From: a virus
Taxonomy: Duplodnaviria > Caudoviricetes
Direction: 5' to 3' (one strand)
IMG/VR virus record: IMGVR_UViG_3300036802_000003
Coordinates: 75,245-139,244 of that record
Length of the DNA: 64,000 nucleotides
A program made the translations under genes and the position numbers. Under the pieces are notes generated by a model that saw only the letters and a list, made by a program, of their open reading frames with translations, made no database searches and was not told the origin of the DNA. Within the stretch, counting starts at the first letter, position 1. The number at the start of each line of letters is the position of its first letter. Below, one piece after another: positions 56,870-64,000 of the stretch.

Positions 56870-58597
56870 ATGGCTTACGAAAACTCTGGTATTACGTTTA
56901 ACGGACGTAGAATTATCCATCCAGGTGCTTATGATCGCATAGACACTAGTGCTATGACAGCCTCTACTCCTGGTAGCTTAAACAGACCTATCTTGATAGG
57001 TACTGCTGATGCTGGTGAAGCAGGTAAGGTAATGTGGTGGACAGACCCTAGTAAGGCAAGAGCATATTTCAAAAATGGTGACTTACCTACTGCGGTTGAG
57101 TTAGCATTCTCTCCACTACCAGAAGGCGGTGGCGGTGCTTCTATCGTTGGTACTTTACTAATTAACCCTACGGTTGCTGCTACTAAAGATGTTGGTGGAG
57201 GTAAGTGGACTGCCAAGGAATTCGGTACTATTGGTAATGAAATCCAAGTGAAAATGGAAGACGGTACTATTGCAGGTACTAAGAAAGTTTCTATCTACCG
57301 CTTCAGTACTTCTGATGTTGAAACTTGGGATAACATCGGTGCTATTTTAGAAGTAAACTATACAGGTACTAAGGCTTATGCTGAGATTGCTATAAACGCT
57401 GGCGTTGTCACTACTAAAACTGGTGCTGATTCCGCTACTGCTACTGTGGACTTAACTGTAGATGGTAAGTTGCCACAATATAGCACAATTGATGCTTTAG
57501 TATCATACATCAATAGCATGTCTGGGTACGCTGCTCGTATTATCAATATTGCTGATGCTAAGATGCCTGTGACTGCTTTAGATACCGTTACTGCGGTAAC
57601 TATCAAGAATGCACCTAAAACACTATTATCTGCTAAGACAGGTATTGAGACACGTGTAAACGTATCATCTCAACTAGTGAATGTTTCTATGACGGGTACT
57701 CCAGCAAACTTCCCATGGACGTATTTAGCAGGAGGACAAAAAGGTACTACACCTCCTTCATGGTCAGCACACTTCCTTACTTTACGTAAAGAGTTCTTCG
57801 ACTTGCTTTGTGTCCTATCAGCAGATAGCGCAATCCATGCAGAAGCAGCAGCACACGTGCAAGTAATGGAAACACGCAGACAGAAACAGTACCTATTCTT
57901 TGGTGGTGCAGGGGATGACCCACAAAATCCAGAGGATAAGACTAAGGCTAAACAACGTGCATCTGCTATGAACTACCGTAGAGCGGTACTTTGCTACCCA
58001 GCAATTTATCACCCAATCGTAGCTAGTGGAACTAAGTTACTACCAGCATATATGACTGCTGCTATGGTATGTGGACGTGTAGCTGGGGTACCAACTTCAG
58101 AGCCTATCACGTTCGATTTCTTCAATATCTCTGGTTTAGGGGTAGACCTGGTAGCAGGTGACCCAGATATTGATGAGTTAATCGCTTCAGGTGTATGTGT
58201 AATGGAAAGAGTCCAAAACGGTGGAATTCGATTAGCACAAGGTGTAACAACGTATCTTGGACCAGTACGTACACCTAACGTAGAGATCAGTACAGGACGT
58301 ACAGCAGATGAAGTTTCTGACCGTGTTACAAACCGATTAGAAGACACATTCGTAGGCTCTAGCTCTGCGATTGCTACTAACTCTTCTGTAACTACAGAAG
58401 CTACTAACGTTCTAGACGAATGTACACGTGAGAAGTTAATTCTTGGATACCGTAACATTCGAGTACGATTCGAAGGTACTGCTGTATATGTTGATTATGA
58501 AGCTGCTATCACAGAGCCAATTAACTTCATCCTAGTAACATCTCACTTTGTTCCATCTAGTACGTTTAACAACCTAGTAGAGGGACAACAAATCTAA
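56870..58597 (+). CDS. tail sheath protein
   Basis: R.I.PGAY, PAYMTAAMVCG..AG....EPIT, PINFI. Confidence 0.95.
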   Translation: MAYENSGITFNGRRIIHPGAYDRIDTSAMTASTPGSLNRPILIGTADAGEAGKVMWWTDPSKARAYFKNGDLPTAVELAFSPLPEGGGGASIVGTLLINPTVAATKDVGGGKWTAKEFGTIGNEIQVKMEDGTIAGTKKVSIYRFSTSDVETWDNIGAILEVNYTGTKAYAEIAINAGVVTTKTGADSATATVDLTVDGKLPQYSTIDALVSYINSMSGYAARIINIADAKMPVTALDTVTAVTIKNAPKTLLSAKTGIETRVNVSSQLVNVSMTGTPANFPWTYLAGGQKGTTPPSWSAHFLTLRKEFFDLLCVLSADSAIHAEAAAHVQVMETRRQKQYLFFGGAGDDPQNPEDKTKAKQRASAMNYRRAVLCYPAIYHPIVASGTKLLPAYMTAAMVCGRVAGVPTSEPITFDFFNISGLGVDLVAGDPDIDELIASGVCVMERVQNGGIRLAQGVTTYLGPVRTPNVEISTGRTADEVSDRVTNRLEDTFVGSSSAIATNSSVTTEATNVLDECTREKLILGYRNIRVRFEGTAVYVDYEAAITEPINFILVTSHFVPSSTFNNLVEGQQI

Positions 58598-58611
58598 GGA
58601 GGTGACTACCT

Positions 58612-59025
58612 ATGGGAATGGTAGATAAACAGACGGTACATGCTGGTCATACCATAAACATCCGTATTCGTGGTGAAATCGTTGGTAGGATTCAGGGCTT
58701 AGATGGTGAGCGTGATTTCGGTACAGAAGGTGTATACGAAATCGGTTCAATGATGCCACAAGAGCATGTACACAACAAGTATACTGGGTCTGTAACTTGC
58801 GAGCGATTCTTCGTACGTAAGAAAGACCTTGCTAAACTGGGTATGGCTGCTGTGGGTGAAGAGGTATTGAAGAAGGACATTATCACTATCGAGGTAGTAG
58901 ATAAGTATACCAAAGAGATTGTTCGTTCTTACCACGGATGCTCTATTGGTAACTATCGTGAGAACTTCCGAGTTAACGCTATCGCAGGTGAAAATGCTAG
59001 CTTCCAATATCTGTATGCAAGCTAA
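58612..59025 (+). CDS. tail tube protein
   Basis: FGTEGVYEIGSMMPQEHV. Confidence 0.92.
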   Translation: MGMVDKQTVHAGHTINIRIRGEIVGRIQGLDGERDFGTEGVYEIGSMMPQEHVHNKYTGSVTCERFFVRKKDLAKLGMAAVGEEVLKKDIITIEVVDKYTKEIVRSYHGCSIGNYRENFRVNAIAGENASFQYLYAS

Positions 59026-59114
59026 ATAGTACTAACAATAGTAGGAGCAGGGGTATAATTTACGTACCCCTGCTCCTATTTTTATTATGAATTAAAACTC
59101 AAGGAGGTATTACT

Positions 59115-59555
59115 ATGTCAGAGAATATTAAGACAATTACACTTAACATGTTACAGGATATTAACCAAGGTGATGAGCGTACCCACACTTTTAAAGCAGA
59201 TTTTTCAGATGTAGACCCAACATTCGTAGGTATGTTTACAGTACACCACCCTAATATGATGGATGAGTTAGCTATTGGACGTTTATATGCTAGTCTAAAA
59301 GGTGGAATGGCTGTAGACCAATTCACAGACAATATTGCTACGGTTGTCTCTACACTAGACGTAGTGTTAGATAAGAAACCTGAATGGTTCCATGTAGGTA
59401 ACTCAAAGGTAGACTATCCTATGTGGGAAGTTATCTACTTAGAGTACAGAAATTGGGTGGAGTCCTTTCGTAAGCCAGCTAAAAAAGATAACAATGAAGG
59501 AGATAGCAAAGACGAGTCAAGCGAGGTTCGAGTGGTGGGTACAGACCAAGTTTAA
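59115..59555 (+). CDS. tail assembly chaperone
   Basis: Between tube and tape measure. Confidence 0.75.
   Translation: MSENIKTITLNMLQDINQGDERTHTFKADFSDVDPTFVGMFTVHHPNMMDELAIGRLYASLKGGMAVDQFTDNIATVVSTLDVVLDKKPEWFHVGNSKVDYPMWEVIYLEYRNWVESFRKPAKKDNNEGDSKDESSEVRVVGTDQV
59463..59471 (+). other. programmed +1 frameshift site TCC TTT CGT
   Basis: In frame in the chaperone; +1 frame open from 59443 into 59494..59802. Confidence 0.65.
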
Positions 59556-59802
59556 TGTCCTAACTACAGACCCTAGATACAAAGCCCTAACAACGGAACA
59601 ATTTGACCTTATGTACCACCATTACCTTCTAGATAATCCAGAGGAGGAAGATGTGGTTAAGGCTGCTACTGACCCTGACTATAAGGAAGATGAGCCAGAG
59701 AGCTATGCAGACCCTGAATTCCAAGAGGCATGGGACGATATGGATAATGATAAAGTTGTTAAGGGAGAGGTAGAAGAAAAAGACGAATTTGAGGAGGTGT
59801 AA
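59494..59802 (+). CDS. tail assembly chaperone, frameshift extension
   Basis: W..QTKFNVLTTDPR...LT.EQ; no SD before 59494. Confidence 0.7.
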   Translation: MKEIAKTSQARFEWWVQTKFNVLTTDPRYKALTTEQFDLMYHHYLLDNPEEEDVVKAATDPDYKEDEPESYADPEFQEAWDDMDNDKVVKGEVEEKDEFEEV

Positions 59803-59805
59803 TAA

Positions 59806-62493
59806 ATGGCTAGGAATCGGACGGATGCAGATATTAGATTCAGAGCTGATACTACCGATGCCCTCTCTGACATAAAGCAACTGGAAAGCAAAGTAGCCAA
59901 GTTAAAGGACTTAGCTAACCAGGGTGAGCAATCACAGGGAGGATTACTCTCCTACAGACAAGTCTCTATGTACAAAAAAATCCTAGGTGAGACTGAAGAA
60001 CTTTATAATAAGCACTATAAACGCCTAGAACGTATGGAAGCGGATTATGGACGTAAGGTAGAGGAAAATCAAAAGAAGATTAAGAAGTATCAAGAACAGC
60101 TTAGAAACTCCCAAGGGGGTAATAAGTGGGGAGATGTAGCTAGTCCTAGAGTACAGCAATTCTATCAGTCTAGGCTAGACCAAGCTACTGCTGACAGAGA
60201 TAAAATCAATTCTGGAACTAATGAAGCTGAAATGCAACGTCTACGTAACGTTGTAAACCAGATGAACCCTACTGTACAACAACGTAATGAAAACCGTGAC
60301 CGTATAGACAAGATGCATGAACGTGACCCTGTAACAGAGCGTATGCTCCATGGGGTCACTACTGCTGTACAATCAGCAGGTATTATTGCCAGTATAGGTC
60401 AAATGTTCAACTACGGTAATCGATATGCTGACATACTGAGACCACAGGAGCTACAGGCTTCTCAAATGGGGCAGAAAATTGGCTATGGTGAAGATGGCAA
60501 TGATGAAACCCTCCGTGAGAGAGCAGTAAATGTAGGTCTAAAGAATCAGTACAAAACAGGGGAGACTCTACAAACTCAATCTATCTTAGCTAGTGGTGGT
60601 AGAACTAACCTAGATAAGCTAGATGCAGATACTGAAGCGGCACAGTCATTTGGACGTAATACGGGTACTAATCCTGACCAACTTGCTAATATGGGTAGTA
60701 TGCTTCAACGTATGGGAGCTATGGATGAGGGGCAGATGAAACGCTTATCAGACTTGATAGGTGGTGCTGTATCTAAAACCAAAATGAGTGGTCGAGAAGA
60801 GGAAATGATGAGAGCGACCACTTCCCTAGCACAATCAGTGAGTAGAGGACTACCAGAATTTAAGGATGACCAATTCAAGAACATGTTATCTGCCCAAGTT
60901 ATGTTAGGTCAGCTATCCCCAGAGCTTAAAGGTGAACGTGGCTCTAAATTACTAGGCACTATGGATGCAGGTTTCAAGGAAGGTAACCATACTTTAGACG
61001 TATTAATGCGTAATGGTAACTCTGACTTCCTAGGAGTAGAGGGTACTTGGAAGATGAAACTGCAACAAGAAGAGGGTATATCAAACCCTAAAAACATCAC
61101 TGACCTAGTAAAAGGCTTGAAAGCTACCTATGGTAAGGATGTATTGAAAACCAGCCAAGGTCAAGCAGTAGCAGGTATGTCTCTGTCTCAAGGTCTGGGA
61201 GTAACTAAGAAAGAGAGTCAGAAGCTTATTGAATCTGGCTTCTTAGAGAAGATGGAACAAGGCAAGATGCCTACATCTAAGGAACTTGAACAAGCAGGTA
61301 TGACAGACCTAGCGAAAAAGGCAAAAGCATGGGATAACGCTGAATCTAAGAACTGGACAGGGAATGAAGCAGGGTATGAGAAAACTGGTACCGAAACTGG
61401 AGGTAATATCTGGGCAGGTGCATCTAGCTATGCTGGACAGGCTTTTAACTCTCTCAATCCTTGGGTAGCATTCGGTGGTATGTCTGCTATGGCTCTTGGT
61501 GGCTCATACATGATGGGTAAATATGGTAGAATGGGTCTATCTAGGGGGTTAGCTAACCTCAGACCTAACATAGGTCAGCAACGTGGAGCATTACCTAGAA
61601 GTGGAAACTTCATGGGTAATGTTAAGAACACTGCTGGTGGTCTATGGAATGCTACTAAGAGTGGGGCAGGTTCTCTGTGGAACTCCGCTAAGAGCGGTGG
61701 TTCTAAAGCATGGAATTGGGGTAAAGGTCTATTTAAAGGTGGCGGTACTCCTCCTAGTGGTGGTGCTCCTGCTGGTGGAGGTCTATGGAGCAAGGTAAAA
61801 GGAGTAGGTGGAAAGGTACTTGGACCAATAGGTACTTTCTCGGCTCTTAACTGGGCTTCTGATATGGGAGATGACGCTGGTGACTGGCTATTTGGTCATA
61901 GCAAAGGTGATATAAAAGCTGACCAACCTCTATCCAATATAGGTAATGAGCCACTACGACACACGGATGATAAAAAGAGTGCATTCAGACGTGGTTGGGA
62001 ATGGATGACTGGTAGTGACGATGAAGAAGATAAGAAGAAGGAAGAGGCTAAGAAAGAGGATAAAAAGAAAGAAGCTGAACCTCTACCTAAAACTGAAAAA
62101 GACGATGCCAAGCCAATACCAGAAGCTAAGAAAGATGATGGAACCGATAGCACCAAGAAAGAGCTAGAGGTAGACAGTATCAAGGTCAAAGATAAGTCAG
62201 TACAGGATTATCTAAGCAAAGATAAGGATGGAATATCTAAGTCTACTCCTAGTGCTAAGTCATCTTCTAGTGACAAAGATGTTGATACTAACATCAAGCT
62301 TGTTAAGATAGAACACACTGTTAGGGTTGAATGGACAGGCAACAACTTATCTCCAGACAATGAATACAAGGTTTCAGGTAGTATCTCTAACTACTTCTCT
62401 ACTGCTACTGATATCCTTATGGGTAAAGGTGGTATGGGTGGAGCACCATCCATGGGAGGTATGAATCTATCCAGAGACCAGAGCCGAGAATAG
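59806..62493 (+). CDS. tape measure protein
   Basis: Long helical G/A-rich ORF after the chaperones; W-repeats. Confidence 0.85.
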   Translation: MARNRTDADIRFRADTTDALSDIKQLESKVAKLKDLANQGEQSQGGLLSYRQVSMYKKILGETEELYNKHYKRLERMEADYGRKVEENQKKIKKYQEQLRNSQGGNKWGDVASPRVQQFYQSRLDQATADRDKINSGTNEAEMQRLRNVVNQMNPTVQQRNENRDRIDKMHERDPVTERMLHGVTTAVQSAGIIASIGQMFNYGNRYADILRPQELQASQMGQKIGYGEDGNDETLRERAVNVGLKNQYKTGETLQTQSILASGGRTNLDKLDADTEAAQSFGRNTGTNPDQLANMGSMLQRMGAMDEGQMKRLSDLIGGAVSKTKMSGREEEMMRATTSLAQSVSRGLPEFKDDQFKNMLSAQVMLGQLSPELKGERGSKLLGTMDAGFKEGNHTLDVLMRNGNSDFLGVEGTWKMKLQQEEGISNPKNITDLVKGLKATYGKDVLKTSQGQAVAGMSLSQGLGVTKKESQKLIESGFLEKMEQGKMPTSKELEQAGMTDLAKKAKAWDNAESKNWTGNEAGYEKTGTETGGNIWAGASSYAGQAFNSLNPWVAFGGMSAMALGGSYMMGKYGRMGLSRGLANLRPNIGQQRGALPRSGNFMGNVKNTAGGLWNATKSGAGSLWNSAKSGGSKAWNWGKGLFKGGGTPPSGGAPAGGGLWSKVKGVGGKVLGPIGTFSALNWASDMGDDAGDWLFGHSKGDIKADQPLSNIGNEPLRHTDDKKSAFRRGWEWMTGSDDEEDKKKEEAKKEDKKKEAEPLPKTEKDDAKPIPEAKKDDGTDSTKKELEVDSIKVKDKSVQDYLSKDKDGISKSTPSAKSSSSDKDVDTNIKLVKIEHTVRVEWTGNNLSPDNEYKVSGSISNYFSTATDILMGKGGMGGAPSMGGMNLSRDQSRE

Positions 62494-62505
62494 GGAGGTT
62501 ATATC

Positions 62506-64000
62506 ATGGCAATTCAACGATATAAACCTAATGCCGAGGTCACTTTCTTTACTGAAGAGGGTCAGCTAGTAGCAAGAGGAGTAGCTGACCCTAATAGTAA
62601 GATAGACAATGACATTGTGGCGGTCTACACTAATAGAGATATAGGGGAAGATGCTCCTGTATTCAATATAACCCTCACTAACCGAAAGCCTTGGCATAGG
62701 TGGATCACTGCAAATGATATGTTAATTATCAAAATGTGCAGACCACCTGAAGCCTTGGCTGAAGTTATGTTTGGACTAGTAGACTATGCAGGTAAAACTG
62801 TAGACGCTAACAATGACGCACCGTCTCGTACTATTTCAGTAAAGGGCAGAGGGTTTGCTAAAGCATTTATACAGTTTGATATTGGTATCGTGCCAGAGGC
62901 ACAGTTCAATATTGAAAAGCTAGGTTGGGTTCAGACTCTAGGTATTACACTAGACCAAGCAACCCCAGATGAGCTAGCAAAAGCAGCATACGAGAAGATA
63001 GCCAAGCCTTTCATAAACTACAAGTGGAAAGGCTCTAAAGCCTTATTTGATATACTGAAAACTAAGTTTAGTGCAAGAAAAGATATGAAATTGTTAGATA
63101 CGTCTGGTTTGATGGCATGGCAAGGCAGTTTGTTAGGTATGTACAATGCTATAGCAGAAAAGCCCTTCCATGAGATATTCTATGAGGTAGAGAACGGTTC
63201 ACCTACTATGGTCATTAGGGAAACTCCTTTCAATAAGGACAAGTGGGATAAGTTGCCTTCTGTATCTGTAGGAGACCAAGACGTGGTGACGGATGATACA
63301 GGCAGGGGAGACCTAGAGACTTACACAATGTTCTCTGTAAGTGCCAAGACGTTAATGGCTCCAGATGATATGTTTAAGACCTTTGGTGTTCGTCCATACT
63401 GGTATCCACCATATAAAAATAAATATGGTATTAGACGCTTAACAGTAGAGACTTCTTATCTTGCTGTAAATGGTACTCCTAGTGGGGGAGGAACAGGTGC
63501 AGGAGGCACTGGAATAGGTGCTGATGGTGCCACTGGTGCACCACTTAACCCTGACCCTCCAGGAGTAGGAGGCAATACAGGAGGTAACAATGGAGGTACT
63601 GGGACTAACCCAACCAATCCTACTGCTCCTACTGACCCTAGCCAACCAAACTCTGGCAATGGTAATCAAGGTACTACAAACCAAGATGGTTCTACAGGGA
63701 TTACTCCTGCTAATGGTAATGGTACTGGTTCTGTTGACTTAATGAAAGGTCTTATGGAAGACCTATATAACTGGAATATTCTTAATAATCACTTTTATAG
63801 CGGAAACCTTGTTGTAAAAGGCAGTAACAAATACAAGGTAGGAACAAGACTTGTATATACTTCAATAGAAGACAATTCCACTATTGAATACTATATTAAG
63901 TCCGTAACCCAGAACTTTAATACCTTTGGTGCATGGGTTACAACTATAGGAGTAATTAGAGGATGTGAGCCATCTAAACGCTTTAGCCCTCCAGTAGGGA
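62506..64000 (+). CDS. baseplate hub/tail-associated protein (partial, runs off window)
   Basis: MAIQRYKP...; KPFHEIFY, RETPF, YGIRRL, SGNLVVKG..KY.VG, YYIKSVTQ; GGGAGG SD. Confidence 0.75.
   Translation, partial: MAIQRYKPNAEVTFFTEEGQLVARGVADPNSKIDNDIVAVYTNRDIGEDAPVFNITLTNRKPWHRWITANDMLIIKMCRPPEALAEVMFGLVDYAGKTVDANNDAPSRTISVKGRGFAKAFIQFDIGIVPEAQFNIEKLGWVQTLGITLDQATPDELAKAAYEKIAKPFINYKWKGSKALFDILKTKFSARKDMKLLDTSGLMAWQGSLLGMYNAIAEKPFHEIFYEVENGSPTMVIRETPFNKDKWDKLPSVSVGDQDVVTDDTGRGDLETYTMFSVSAKTLMAPDDMFKTFGVRPYWYPPYKNKYGIRRLTVETSYLAVNGTPSGGGTGAGGTGIGADGATGAPLNPDPPGVGGNTGGNNGGTGTNPTNPTAPTDPSQPNSGNGNQGTTNQDGSTGITPANGNGTGSVDLMKGLMEDLYNWNILNNHFYSGNLVVKGSNKYKVGTRLVYTSIEDNSTIEYYIKSVTQNFNTFGAWVTTIGVIRGCEPSKRFSPPVG

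Noticed and set aside
145-63684. Numerous minus-strand ORFs overlapping long plus-strand genes (e.g. 384..695, 3870..4337, 35248..35754, 45390..45914, 51452..51985)
   Set aside because: Antisense shadows without SDs, with S/L-rich composition mirroring the real genes

Overview
This is a 64-kb segment of a large lytic myovirus of Bacillus or a relative. The virion genes are SPO1/Twort-like (Herelleviridae-type); the assignment rests on recognised motifs only, with no database search. From left to right: (1) an Ig-like/LamG structural operon (0.2-2.6 kb); (2) a convergent early 'host-takeover'-like island (5-13.4 kb) built from repeated sigmaA promoters and repeated hairpin-RBS cassettes; (3) an AT-rich repeat region (~13.5-14.3 kb); (4) terminase genes (16.2-18.3 kb); (5) about 30 small accessory genes including a six-member tandem paralog array, HNH nucleases and a sigma factor; (6) a ~2.1-kb tRNA/ncRNA region; (7) an SLH-domain protein and PhoH; (8) the head-tail morphogenesis block (portal, protease, scaffold, major capsid, neck, sheath, tube, chaperones with a +1 frameshift, tape measure, and a partial baseplate hub). 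Two candidate systems stand out. First, five dispersed proteins share a ~40-aa tag (xDI[N/S]K|A...L[N]xGKL...V.VKGKDG..F.RMQW.[D/N]P) that begins at a prohead-protease-type K|A/G site. The tag is fused to different enzymatic cargoes (two GNATs, ParB-like + DUF3626-like, HEXXH zincin), which suggests a capsid-addressing system for injected effectors. Second, three Ig-like genes have a tip/shaft/base architecture consistent with a donor-strand-complemented, pilus-like virion fibre.
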